Origin: Escherichia coli
GTDB taxonomy: Bacteria; Pseudomonadota; Gammaproteobacteria; Enterobacterales; Enterobacteriaceae
Strand: one strand, 5' to 3'
Length of the DNA stretch: 64,000 bases
Assembly: GCF_030013205.1 (NCBI RefSeq)
Contig: NZ_CP122648.1
Position 1 is the stretch's first letter; every line of letters begins with the position of its first letter. The notes beneath the pieces are model-generated. The model was not told the origin of the DNA. It saw nothing but the letters and a program-made list of their open reading frames with translations, and did no database searches. This document shows positions 1 to 10,907 of this stretch, piece after piece. The position numbers and the translations under genes are program-made.

Positions 1-245
1 CACCGCCGGAGCAGTTCCGTGTGCCGATGATGGTCTGGATGTCAGATAAATATCTAGAAAATCCGGCCAATGCGCAGGCATTTGCGCAGCTGAAAAAAGA
101 AGCCGACATGAAAGTGCCACGCCGTCATGTAGAGCTGTACGACACCATCATGGGTTGTCTTGGCTATACTTCACCGGATGGTGGAATTAACGAAAACAAC
201 AACTGGTGCCACATCCCGCAGGCAAGAGAGGCGGCGGCTAACTAA
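1..245 (+). CDS. eptB: 3' end of a phosphoethanolamine transferase (EptB-like), truncated by window edge
   Basis: ORF 21..245 runs to a stop just upstream of proK; identity assigned from position relative to proK/dppA in the E. coli gene order, not from a search. Confidence 0.5.
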   Translation, partial: PPEQFRVPMMVWMSDKYLENPANAQAFAQLKKEADMKVPRRHVELYDTIMGCLGYTSPDGGINENNNWCHIPQAREAAAN

Positions 246-295
246 GAGGCCTGCTGACTTTCTCGCCGATCAAAAGGCATTTTGCTATTAAGGGA

Positions 296-324
296 TTGAC
301 GAGGGCGTATCTGCGCAGTAAGAT
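296..324 (+). promoter_or_regulatory. sigma70 promoter of proK (-35 TTGACG, 17-bp spacer, -10 TAAGAT, GC-rich discriminator)
   Basis: TTGACG at 296-301, TAAGAT at 319-324, then GCGCCCC before the tRNA 5' end at 337. Confidence 0.6.
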
Positions 325-336
325 GCGCCCCGCATT

Positions 337-760
<424 letters not shown>

Positions 761-1348
761 GCACTCATTGTGGGATACAGCGTATCCGTCTTATCCGATC
801 TAAACGGCAACACACCACACATTTCCCTGCCAAATTTGCGCCCCATATCTCACTATCCATTAATGGATTTGTGACAGAAACCATTGTCTTTTTTTATATT
901 TGCTTAAATCTTTTTTTGCGTTACTTATGACTGGCGCTGGCATTTTCCGCTGTGCGTTTTAGCGTTCATGGTATTAATCGCTCAGATATCCACCTTTTCC
1001 TCAGATTTTTTTCACTAAATGCATAAAACTTAATCACCAAATGTTGCTAAATATTAAGCTGATTGTTCTGGTCATGTTGGAGTAGCACAAATTTCTCTGC
1101 TGCAAATAGCGGTTTGAAGTTTTTTTAATCTTTGTTTGTGGATTCTCACCGTTGGTGTAAATCCCGGTTGGCTGTATTGACGTTTTCACATTCTGTTGAC
1201 AGATTGTAGGTCACGAGGGGCATTTTATGGAGGATCCGCACTGTTACACTGATGTTAATTAGTACGGCATCCCCACCTCATAACGTTGACCCGACCGGGC
1301 AAAAAACAAAAAAGGTCAGGCGGCGACAACCCACTGCAAAGGGTTAAA

Positions 1349-1366
1349 ACAACAAACATCACAATT
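1349..1366 (+). promoter_or_regulatory. CA-rich element in the dppA 5' UTR, candidate GcvB sRNA target site
   Basis: AACAACAAACATCACAAT immediately upstream of the GGAG Shine-Dalgarno and the ATG at 1378. Confidence 0.45.
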
Positions 1367-1377
1367 GGAGCAGAATA

Positions 1378-2985
1378 ATGCGTATTTCCTTGAAAAAGTC
1401 AGGGATGCTGAAGCTTGGTCTCAGCCTGGTGGCTATGACCGTCGCAGCAAGTGTTCAGGCTAAAACTCTGGTTTATTGCTCAGAAGGATCTCCGGAAGGG
1501 TTTAACCCGCAGTTGTTTACCTCCGGTACTACCTATGACGCCTCTTCCGTGCCGCTTTATAACCGCCTGGTTGAATTTAAAATCGGCACCACCGAAGTGA
1601 TCCCGGGCCTCGCTGAAAAGTGGGAAGTCAGCGAAGACGGTAAAACCTATACCTTCCATCTGCGTAAAGGTGTGAAGTGGCACGACAATAAAGAATTCAA
1701 ACCGACGCGCGAACTGAACGCCGATGACGTGGTGTTCTCGTTCGATCGTCAGAAAAACGCGCAAAACCCGTACCATAAAGTTTCTGGCGGTAGCTACGAA
1801 TACTTTGAAGGCATGGGCTTGCCGGAGCTGATCAGCGAAGTGAAAAAGGTGGACGACAACACCGTTCAGTTTGTGCTGACTCGACCGGAAGCGCCGTTCC
1901 TCGCTGACCTGGCAATGGACTTCGCCTCTATTCTGTCAAAAGAATATGCTGACGCGATGATGAAAGCCGGTACACCGGAAAAACTGGACCTCAACCCAAT
2001 CGGCACCGGTCCGTTCCAGTTACAGCAGTACCAAAAAGATTCCCGTATCCGCTACAAAGCGTTTGATGGCTACTGGGGCACCAAACCGCAGATCGATACG
2101 CTGGTTTTCTCTATTACCCCTGATGCTTCCGTGCGTTACGCGAAATTGCAGAAGAATGAATGCCAGGTGATGCCGTACCCGAACCCGGCAGATATCGCTC
2201 GCATGAAGCAGGATAAATCCATCAATCTGATGGAAATGCCGGGGCTTAACGTCGGCTATCTTTCATATAACGTGCAGAAAAAACCACTTGATGACGTGAA
2301 AGTTCGCCAGGCTCTGACCTACGCGGTGAACAAAGACGCTATCATCAAAGCGGTTTATCAGGGCGCGGGCGTGGCAGCGAAAAACCTGATCCCGCCAACC
2401 ATGTGGGGCTATAACGACGACGTTCAGGACTACACCTACGATCCCGAAAAAGCGAAAGCCTTGCTGAAAGAAGCGGGCCTGGAAAAAGGCTTCTCCATCG
2501 ACCTGTGGGCAATGCCGGTACAACGTCCGTATAACCCGAATGCTCGACGCATGGCAGAGATGATTCAGGCAGACTGGGCGAAAGTGGGCGTGCAGGCCAA
2601 AATTGTCACCTACGAATGGGGTGAGTATCTCAAGCGTGCGAAAGATGGCGAGCATCAGACGGTAATGATGGGCTGGACTGGCGACAACGGGGATCCGGAT
2701 AACTTCTTCGCCACCCTGTTCAGCTGCGCCGCCTCTGAACAAGGCTCCAACTACTCAAAATGGTGCTACAAACCGTTTGAAGATCTGATTCAACCGGCGC
2801 GTGCTACCGACGACCATAACAAACGCGTTGAACTGTACAAGCAAGCGCAGGTGGTGATGCACGATCAGGCTCCGGCACTGATCATCGCTCACTCCACCGT
2901 GTTTGAACCGGTACGCAAAGAAGTTAAAGGCTATGTGGTTGATCCATTAGGCAAACATCACTTCGAAAACGTCTCTATCGAATAA
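1378..2985 (+). CDS. dppA: dipeptide ABC transporter periplasmic binding protein
   Basis: 535-aa ORF with signal peptide and SBP family-5 features; GGAG SD; followed by dppBCDF. Confidence 0.95.
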   Translation: MRISLKKSGMLKLGLSLVAMTVAASVQAKTLVYCSEGSPEGFNPQLFTSGTTYDASSVPLYNRLVEFKIGTTEVIPGLAEKWEVSEDGKTYTFHLRKGVKWHDNKEFKPTRELNADDVVFSFDRQKNAQNPYHKVSGGSYEYFEGMGLPELISEVKKVDDNTVQFVLTRPEAPFLADLAMDFASILSKEYADAMMKAGTPEKLDLNPIGTGPFQLQQYQKDSRIRYKAFDGYWGTKPQIDTLVFSITPDASVRYAKLQKNECQVMPYPNPADIARMKQDKSINLMEMPGLNVGYLSYNVQKKPLDDVKVRQALTYAVNKDAIIKAVYQGAGVAAKNLIPPTMWGYNDDVQDYTYDPEKAKALLKEAGLEKGFSIDLWAMPVQRPYNPNARRMAEMIQADWAKVGVQAKIVTYEWGEYLKRAKDGEHQTVMMGWTGDNGDPDNFFATLFSCAASEQGSNYSKWCYKPFEDLIQPARATDDHNKRVELYKQAQVVMHDQAPALIIAHSTVFEPVRKEVKGYVVDPLGKHHFENVSIE

Positions 2986-3003
2986 TTAAAAGCCATACCC
3001 GGT

Positions 3004-3029
3004 GGCGCTGCATCTCTGCGTGCAGCGCC
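3004..3029 (+). other. intercistronic stem-loop between dppA and dppB (no U-tract)
   Basis: GGCGCTGCA ... TGCAGCGCC inverted repeat with 8-nt loop. Confidence 0.5.
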
Positions 3030-3135
3030 ATCCGGCAGCAATACTTCATTCCCTGTCCGGCACGGGCGGGAATTGATTTGTGAGCAATACAGACACGCAG
3101 TTCCAGGCTGCGGGTCACTACAGAGAATCCGGGTT

Positions 3136-4155
3136 ATGTTGCAGTTTATTCTCCGACGTTTGGGACTCGTCATCCCCACGTTTATCGGTATTACCCTTCT
3201 CACATTTGCCTTTGTCCACATGATCCCGGGCGATCCGGTGATGATCATGGCGGGCGAACGTGGGATCTCCCCAGAGCGTCACGCGCAGCTGCTGGCTGAA
3301 CTCGGCTTAGATAAACCGATGTGGCAGCAGTATCTCAATTACATTTGGAGCGTAATGCACGGCGATTTAGGCATTTCGATGAAAAGCCGCATCCCGGTTT
3401 GGGAAGAGTTCGTGCCGCGCTTTCAGGCCACGCTGGAGCTTGGTGTCTGCGCGATGATTTTTGCGACTGCGGTCGGTATTCCAGTCGGTGTGCTGGCTGC
3501 GGTTAAACGCGGTTCCATTTTCGATCACACGGCGGTTGGTCTGGCGCTGACCGGCTACTCGATGCCGATCTTCTGGTGGGGCATGATGCTGATCATGCTG
3601 GTTTCGGTGCACTGGAACCTGACGCCCGTCTCCGGTCGCGTGAGCGACATGGTGTTCCTCGATGATTCCAATCCGTTAACCGGTTTTATGCTAATCGACA
3701 CCGCCATCTGGGGTGAAGACGGTAACTTTATCGATGCCGTCGCCCATATGATCCTGCCCGCCATTGTGCTGGGTACTATCCCGCTGGCGGTCATTGTACG
3801 TATGACACGCTCCTCGATGCTGGAAGTGCTGGGTGAAGATTACATCCGCACCGCGCGCGCCAAAGGGTTGGCCCGCATGCGGGTGATTATCGTCCATGCT
3901 CTGCGTAACGCGATGCTGCCGGTAGTGACCGTTATCGGCCTGCAGGTGGGAACATTGCTGGCGGGGGCGATTCTGACCGAAACCATCTTCTCGTGGCCCG
4001 GTCTGGGGCGCTGGTTGATTGACGCACTGCAACGCCGCGACTATCCGGTAGTGCAGGGCGGCGTATTGCTGGTGGCGACGATGATTATCCTCGTCAACTT
4101 GCTGGTCGATCTGCTGTACGGCGTGGTGAACCCGCGTATTCGTCATAAGAAGTAA
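3136..4155 (+). CDS. dppB: dipeptide ABC transporter permease
   Basis: ORF 3073..4155; start taken at the internal ATG giving a 339-aa product beginning MLQFILRRLG. Confidence 0.9.
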   Translation: MLQFILRRLGLVIPTFIGITLLTFAFVHMIPGDPVMIMAGERGISPERHAQLLAELGLDKPMWQQYLNYIWSVMHGDLGISMKSRIPVWEEFVPRFQATLELGVCAMIFATAVGIPVGVLAAVKRGSIFDHTAVGLALTGYSMPIFWWGMMLIMLVSVHWNLTPVSGRVSDMVFLDDSNPLTGFMLIDTAIWGEDGNFIDAVAHMILPAIVLGTIPLAVIVRMTRSSMLEVLGEDYIRTARAKGLARMRVIIVHALRNAMLPVVTVIGLQVGTLLAGAILTETIFSWPGLGRWLIDALQRRDYPVVQGGVLLVATMIILVNLLVDLLYGVVNPRIRHKK

Positions 4156-4164
4156 GGGGACATC

Positions 4165-5067
4165 ATGTCACAGGTTACTGAAAATAAAGTGATTAGCGCA
4201 CCGGTGCCGATGACCCCGTTACAGGAGTTCTGGCACTATTTTAAACGCAACAAAGGCGCGGTCGTCGGGCTGGTTTACGTCGTCATCGTGCTGTTTATCG
4301 CGATCTTTGCCAACTGGATTGCACCCTATAACCCGGCGGAACAGTTCCGCGATGCACTGCTCGCCCCGCCAGCCTGGCAGGAAGGCGGCAGCATGGCGCA
4401 CTTGCTGGGCACCGATGACGTAGGCCGTGATGTGCTGTCGCGTCTGATGTACGGTGCGCGATTGTCACTGCTGGTTGGCTGTCTGGTAGTTGTGTTATCG
4501 CTGATTATGGGCGTTATTCTCGGCCTGATCGCCGGTTACTTCGGCGGCCTGGTCGATAACATCATCATGCGCGTGGTCGATATCATGCTGGCGCTACCAA
4601 GTCTGCTGTTGGCACTGGTGCTGGTGGCGATTTTCGGCCCGTCGATTGGTAACGCCGCGCTGGCGCTGACCTTCGTTGCCTTGCCGCACTATGTGCGCTT
4701 AACACGCGCCGCCGTGCTGGTGGAGGTGAATCGCGATTACGTTACCGCGTCTCGCGTGGCAGGTGCCGGGGCGATGCGTCAGATGTTTATTAACATCTTC
4801 CCGAACTGCCTTGCGCCTCTGATTGTTCAGGCGTCGCTCGGTTTCTCTAACGCCATTCTCGATATGGCTGCTCTTGGTTTCCTCGGCATGGGGGCGCAGC
4901 CGCCAACGCCGGAGTGGGGCACCATGCTCTCCGACGTGTTGCAGTTCGCGCAAAGCGCCTGGTGGGTCGTGACCTTCCCGGGTCTGGCGATCCTGCTGAC
5001 GGTGCTGGCATTTAACCTGATGGGTGACGGTCTGCGTGACGCGCTCGATCCCAAACTGAAGCAGTAA
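4165..5067 (+). CDS. dppC: dipeptide ABC transporter permease
   Basis: 300-aa polytopic membrane ORF in operon position. Confidence 0.92.
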   Translation: MSQVTENKVISAPVPMTPLQEFWHYFKRNKGAVVGLVYVVIVLFIAIFANWIAPYNPAEQFRDALLAPPAWQEGGSMAHLLGTDDVGRDVLSRLMYGARLSLLVGCLVVVLSLIMGVILGLIAGYFGGLVDNIIMRVVDIMLALPSLLLALVLVAIFGPSIGNAALALTFVALPHYVRLTRAAVLVEVNRDYVTASRVAGAGAMRQMFINIFPNCLAPLIVQASLGFSNAILDMAALGFLGMGAQPPTPEWGTMLSDVLQFAQSAWWVVTFPGLAILLTVLAFNLMGDGLRDALDPKLKQ

Positions 5068-5077
5068 GAGGTTCGAG

Positions 5078-6057
<980 letters not shown>

Positions 6058-6061
<4 letters not shown>

Positions 6062-7062
6062 GTACGCATGAGGCCACCTCGCAACAACCGCTGTTGCAGG
6101 CTATCGACCTGAAAAAACATTATCCGGTGAAGAAAGGTATGTTCGCTCCGGAACGTCTGGTGAAGGCGCTGGATGGCGTTTCGTTTAACCTTGAACGTGG
6201 CAAAACGCTGGCGGTAGTAGGTGAATCCGGCTGCGGTAAATCTACCCTCGGTCGGTTGCTTACGATGATCGAAACGCCCACCGGCGGTGAGCTGTATTAC
6301 CAGGGGCAGGATCTGCTCAAGCACGATCCGCAGGCGCAGAAGCTGCGTCGGCAGAAAATCCAGATCGTCTTCCAGAATCCCTATGGTTCGCTAAATCCGC
6401 GTAAAAAAGTTGGGCAAATTCTTGAAGAGCCGCTGCTTATTAATACCAGCTTAAGCAAAGAACAGCGTCGGGAAAAAGCCCTGTCGATGATGGCGAAAGT
6501 CGGCCTGAAAACCGAGCATTACGACCGCTATCCGCATATGTTCTCCGGCGGTCAGCGTCAGCGTATCGCCATTGCCCGTGGTCTGATGCTCGACCCGGAT
6601 GTGGTGATTGCCGATGAACCGGTTTCCGCGCTGGACGTTTCAGTGCGTGCGCAGGTGCTGAATCTGATGATGGATTTGCAGCAGGAGTTGGGGCTGTCTT
6701 ATGTCTTTATCTCGCACGACCTGTCAGTGGTTGAGCACATTGCCGATGAAGTGATGGTGATGTACCTGGGCCGCTGCGTGGAGAAGGGAACGAAGGACCA
6801 AATCTTCAATAACCCGCGTCATCCGTACACTCAGGCGCTACTCTCCGCGACGCCGCGCCTGAACCCGGACGATCGCCGCGAGCGCATCAAGCTCACCGGT
6901 GAACTGCCAAGCCCGCTCAATCCACCGCCGGGCTGCGCGTTTAACGCCCGCTGTCGTCGGCGCTTCGGCCCCTGCACCCAGTTGCAGCCGCAGCTAAAAG
7001 ACTACGGCGGTCAACTGGTAGCTTGTTTTGCTGTTGATCAGGATGAAAATCCGCAGCGTTAA
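6058..7062 (+). CDS. dppF: dipeptide ABC transporter ATP-binding protein
   Basis: 334 aa; Walker [10 protein letters not shown]; 4-nt overlap with dppD. Confidence 0.93.
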
Positions 7063-7068
7063 CTCACA

Positions 7069-7093
7069 AAACCGGGGCCGTGCGCTCCGGTTT
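7069..7093. terminator. putative bidirectional stem-loop between convergent dppF and yhjV
   Basis: AAACCGG ... CCGGTTT inverted repeat. Confidence 0.4.
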
Positions 7094-8363
7094 ACTCAAT
7101 CAGCTTCAACAGTGGCGACAAGCATAGCAAAATGCCGTAAAGCAGAATCAGCCAGGCTTTAAATCCGCGAAGTTTTTCCAGTTGTGCGACTTTATAGATC
7201 AGGAAAAACGGAATGAGGCACGACACAATGCCATATAACGGGCTTCCCAACTGAAAGAACACCAGCACCGATACACGAAACGAAACCCAAATCGTCAACG
7301 TAATGACGATAAAAGCGCAGATCGCCAGAGTCAGCACGCGTGAATTAATTTTCTTGGTATCAATAATTCGGCTTAACAGATTGAGAATAATGCCTTTAAT
7401 GGCCTCGTGGAAACCGAGATAAATGCCAAAGAATGCGGTCAGTACGGCAAAGATATTCAGCACCGTAGAGGTGATATGAATGATATGCCCAGGGATCACC
7501 TGCGCGGCCAGTGCCAGTGCCGAGATATTTTGTTCAAAGGCAGAAACGGCTTCTTCGTGGCTAATTGAGAAGGTAAACGAAAAGGCAAAAAACAGGATCA
7601 CCGCAATGAGCGTGATATAACTAATTCGGTGGGTACGCAGCGCGAGCCGGGTTGCCAGTACTTTATCTGCTTCCCGTTTACGATAGGCAATATTCATTGG
7701 GTTAAGTACCTGAATAAATACTGCAGAAAAGAAGCAAAATGGAATGGTAAGCAGGACATCGCGGAAAAAGACGGAGGCTTGCGGGAAGGCGGTTATATTG
7801 GCGAAATTCCAGTGCGGGATCATCGCAAAACCGAACACGACAATAATCCCTACTTTGACCACCACCATTGGCCCGGAAATCTTAAACAGTAATCGTTCAC
7901 CACCAGACGCAATTGCCACCAGTACGGCGAAAATGGCGACTTTATAAAGTAGAGATTGTGAAAGATCGGCATCGGTTAAACCGAAGGTTTTCAGGTACGA
8001 GGCGCTGTCGAAAACCACGGAGAGAGAGTAGATAAAAATCCCGTGGATAATCATCAAAAAGTAGATAACCCCGAGGAAAATTCCCCAGTTCTTCCCCAGG
8101 TAATGACTGATAATATCGGTGTAGTCATTACAGGAATCGCTTTCAGAAAGGGTTTTTAAATAAATGTCCTGCACTACCCAGGTGGCAGGATAAGCAATGA
8201 TCGCTGCGGTAATAAATACCCAAATTCCCTTCAAGCCAATTTGTACTGGCATCAGCACGGTTCCGGCACCAATCGCCATGCCTATGCATAATAAAACCCA
8301 GCCGAAGTCGTAGCGTGTAAACGGCAATTTCTGATTGTGTTTCGGTAGTGTGTTGTGCTGCAT
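7092..8363 (-). CDS. yhjV: amino acid permease family inner-membrane transporter
   Basis: ORF 7092..8426; start taken at the internal ATG (8363) giving 423 aa beginning [10 protein letters not shown]; multi-TM. Confidence 0.85.
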   Translation of the reverse strand: MQHNTLPKHNQKLPFTRYDFGWVLLCIGMAIGAGTVLMPVQIGLKGIWVFITAAIIAYPATWVVQDIYLKTLSESDSCNDYTDIISHYLGKNWGIFLGVIYFLMIIHGIFIYSLSVVFDSASYLKTFGLTDADLSQSLLYKVAIFAVLVAIASGGERLLFKISGPMVVVKVGIIVVFGFAMIPHWNFANITAFPQASVFFRDVLLTIPFCFFSAVFIQVLNPMNIAYRKREADKVLATRLALRTHRISYITLIAVILFFAFSFTFSISHEEAVSAFEQNISALALAAQVIPGHIIHITSTVLNIFAVLTAFFGIYLGFHEAIKGIILNLLSRIIDTKKINSRVLTLAICAFIVITLTIWVSFRVSVLVFFQLGSPLYGIVSCLIPFFLIYKVAQLEKLRGFKAWLILLYGILLCLSPLLKLIE

Positions 8364-8721
8364 AAAGTCCTGTCCAGAAAGAAGTCGGCCTCGCAAAAAT
8401 GAATAAACCCAGTTTCTCTTGCGCAACAGGTGGAGAAGTCGAATACGCAGTATGTAAAAAATGAGGCAACAGATTCACTGGGGAGGTCGCGAGGAGGCGC
8501 AATTCTACAAAATTGCGCATTTCACTACCAGTCTGGAGTCAGCTCGGATATGAACTGCAACTATTGCAAATAAAGAAATTAAGCTGGAAGGCATCGCGCA
8601 ATGAGGAAGATTGCCGGGTGCTGACGGTAAAAAGCAATCGTAAAATCAGCGGCAAGCCGGAAAGGTTCCGGTGAGGCGCAATGTTGCGGGGGCTTAATCC
8701 CTGGTGGCATTGGTTGCTGGA

Positions 8722-8790
8722 GAGAGAAAACCCCCGCACGTTGCAGGTATGCACCTGACAACATCACGGGGGCTAATCTTGAACCTAGAC
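8722..8790 (-). ncRNA. rdl: Rdl-type antisense sRNA (antitoxin of ldr), copy 1, approximate ends
   Basis: Antisense of the ldr leader; sequence GTCTAGGTTCAAGATTAGCCCCCG...GCGGGGGTTTTCTC recalled as Rdl-like. Confidence 0.4.
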
Positions 8791-8838
8791 CACTCAAGAA
8801 TAGCCGCGAAACGTTGTCATTACAACACAGGCGGCTAT

Positions 8839-8946
8839 ATGACGCTCGCAGAACTGGGCATGGCCTTCTGGCATGATTTAGCGGCTCCGGTCATTGCTGG
8901 CATTCTTGCCAGCATGATCGTGAACTGGCTGAATAAGCGGAAGTAA
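8839..8946 (+). CDS. ldrD: Ldr family type I toxin, 35 aa (MTLAELGMAFWHDLAAPVIAGILASMIVNWLNKRK)
   Basis: Sits at the 3' end of ORF 8704..8946; product matches the 35-aa Ldr peptide family. Confidence 0.8.
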   Translation: MTLAELGMAFWHDLAAPVIAGILASMIVNWLNKRK

Positions 8947-9205
8947 CGTGTCAGACGGGCGTCAGGCTGCCGTAATGGCAAGTTGCGTCCGGATCAGGCC
9001 GCAGGGATAAAACTCTGCGGCCTTTTTCGTAAGAAAAATGCAACGGTTGCAAGCGGATAATATTCTGCGGAATGCGCAGCACAGAGTGAAGACGTGACGG
9101 ATTCCGGAACAGAAAAACAGTCGTAGAATCAGCGGCAAGCCGGAAAGGTTCCGGTGAGGCGCAATGTTGCGGGGGCTTTATCCCTGGTGGCATTGGTTGC
9201 TGGAG

Positions 9206-9273
9206 AGAGAAAACCCCCGCACGTTGCAGGTATGCACCTGACAACACCACGGGGGCCATTCTTGCATCCAAAC
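9206..9273 (-). ncRNA. rdl: Rdl-type antisense sRNA, copy 2, approximate ends
   Basis: Paralogous position in repeat unit 2; the 5' portion diverges from copy 1. Confidence 0.35.
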
Positions 9274-9321
9274 AATACAAGAATAGCCGCGAAACGTTGT
9301 CATTACAACAGAGGCGGCTAT

Positions 9322-9429
9322 ATGACGCTCGCAGAGCTGGGCATGGCCTTCTGGCATGATTTAGCGGCTCCGGTCATTGCTGGCATTCTTGCCAGCATGA
9401 TCGTGAACTGGCTGAATAAGCGGAAGTAA
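9322..9429 (+). CDS. Ldr family type I toxin, 35 aa, copy 2
   Basis: Same peptide as copy 1, in the second repeat unit. Confidence 0.8.
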   Translation: MTLAELGMAFWHDLAAPVIAGILASMIVNWLNKRK

Positions 9430-9687
9430 CGTGTCAGACGGGCGTCAGGCTGCCGTAATGGCAATTTGCGCCCGGACCAGGCCGCAGGGATAAAACTCTG
9501 CGGCCTTTTTCGTAAGAAAAATGCAACGGTTGCAAGCGGATAATATTCTGCGGAATGCGCAGCACAGAGTGAAGAAGTGATGGATTCCGGAACAGAAAAA
9601 CAGTCGTAGAATCAGCGGCAAGCCGGAAAGGTTCCGGTGAGGCGCAATGTTGCGGGGGCTTAATCCCTGGTGGCATTGGTTGCTGGA

Positions 9688-9756
9688 GAGAGAAAACCCC
9701 CGCACGTTGCAGGTATGCACCTGACAACACCACGGGGGCCATTCTTGCATCTAGAC
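9688..9756 (-). ncRNA. rdl: Rdl-type antisense sRNA, copy 3, approximate ends
   Basis: Paralogous position in repeat unit 3. Confidence 0.35.
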
Positions 9757-9804
9757 CATTCAAGAATAGCCGCGAAATGTTGTCATTACAACACAGGCGG
9801 CTAT

Positions 9805-9912
9805 ATGACGCTCGCAGAACTGGGCATGGCCTTCTGGCATGATTTAGCGGCTCCGGTCATTGCTGGCATTCTTGCCAGTATGATCATGAACTGGCTGAAC
9901 AAGCGGAAGTAA
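9805..9912 (+). CDS. Ldr family type I toxin, 35 aa, copy 3 (variant ...ASMIMNWLNKRK)
   Basis: Third repeat unit; one substitution (I to M) relative to copies 1 and 2. Confidence 0.8.
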   Translation: MTLAELGMAFWHDLAAPVIAGILASMIMNWLNKRK

Positions 9913-9998
9913 CGTGTCATGCGGGCGTCAGGCTGCCGTAATGGCAATTTGCGCCCGGACCAGGCCGCAGGGGTGAAACTCTGCGGCCTTTTTCGTTC

Positions 9999-10907
9999 TT
10001 ATTGCGGGTAAGGCACCCAGTCGCCGCCGTTCAGGCGAACGTACGGTTTATCCTGGTATTGAATAACTACTGCATTTGAGTTCTCGGAGACCGGTGCTGT
10101 TTGTGGTAACCCACTGGTGAGTTTTTTCCAGTCAACATTGTCTTCGGAGAAAATCTTGCCATCAAGAACGCGAACCACCAGATCGGAGATAGCCAGGAAG
10201 CTGCTCGGTTGGTCGATGACAATCGGTGCCCCCTGATGTGGTGCCTTCATGCCGAAGAATTTCACCCCAACGGGGACGTCTGTGATAGACGGGCTAGGGA
10301 TATCACGTAGGCCAGATACCTGCATTCTGTCGCCCTTCAGCGCGCCACCGTGTTCCGGCACCACTACCACCATCACTTTACGACCCGACTTCTCCAGTTC
10401 AGTAAAGAAGGCGTCCAGCTCATCAAAGAATTTCTGTGCTCGCGCTTTGTAATCCGCTGTTTTGCTGACGCCCGGATAATGGTTGCCGTCATGCAGTGGA
10501 AGCGTGTTGTAGAACGTGGCACTACGGCTGTTTTTATCTTTTTCGGTAACGTCCAGCCAGCGGTTAAGCACGGCGGTATCGTCATAAACCGGCGAACCAT
10601 CAAAGCCCAGCAAAATAACCGGCAGATTTGTTTGATCCATCAATTCGGTCTGCATGCCGCCATTTTCGCGAACTTCTTTCAAAAAACCGCCGAACTGGCC
10701 GTTATGTCCCATCATCAGGTGCTGGGTAAAGCCCAGTTTCGACAGGTTATCAAACAGATAGCAGTCATTATTTGCCGGTTGATACAGATTAGTATGCGAA
10801 GTCTGCCCGCAGCTGGCGCGCAGTAAACGGATCGCCGCCGGAAGGTGACATTGCCGTCGAGTACTGGAGTACGGTGGCGAAAATTCCGGCTCGCCGTGGC
10901 GAAGCGA
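9999..10907 (-). pseudogene. bcsG: 5'-truncated remnant of cellulose phosphoethanolamine transferase gene (C-terminal about 240-300 codons only)
   Basis: Minus-strand frame is open from 10907 to the stop at 9999 and encodes ...YLFDNLSKLGFTQHLMMGHNGQFGG...NGGDWVPYPQ; no N-terminal TM region, promoter or RBS; abuts a bcsC fragment on the opposite strand. Confidence 0.7.

Larger units (their letters stand above)
8600..9995. repeat. three tandem about 483-bp LDR (long direct repeat) units, each with an ldr toxin ORF, an antisense rdl and a terminator hairpin
   Basis: ldr ATGs at 8839, 9322 and 9805; terminator hairpins GGCCGCAGGG...CTGCGGCC+T5 at about 8998-9028, 9480-9510 and 9963-9993. Confidence 0.85.

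Noticed and set aside
8539-9763. Minus-strand ORFs of 71-109 aa and plus-strand N-terminal extensions of the ldr ORFs inside the LDR repeats
   Set aside because: Antisense or upstream of the bona fide 35-aa ldr ORFs; repeated only because the DNA is repeated; they overlap the Rdl and leader RNA regions.
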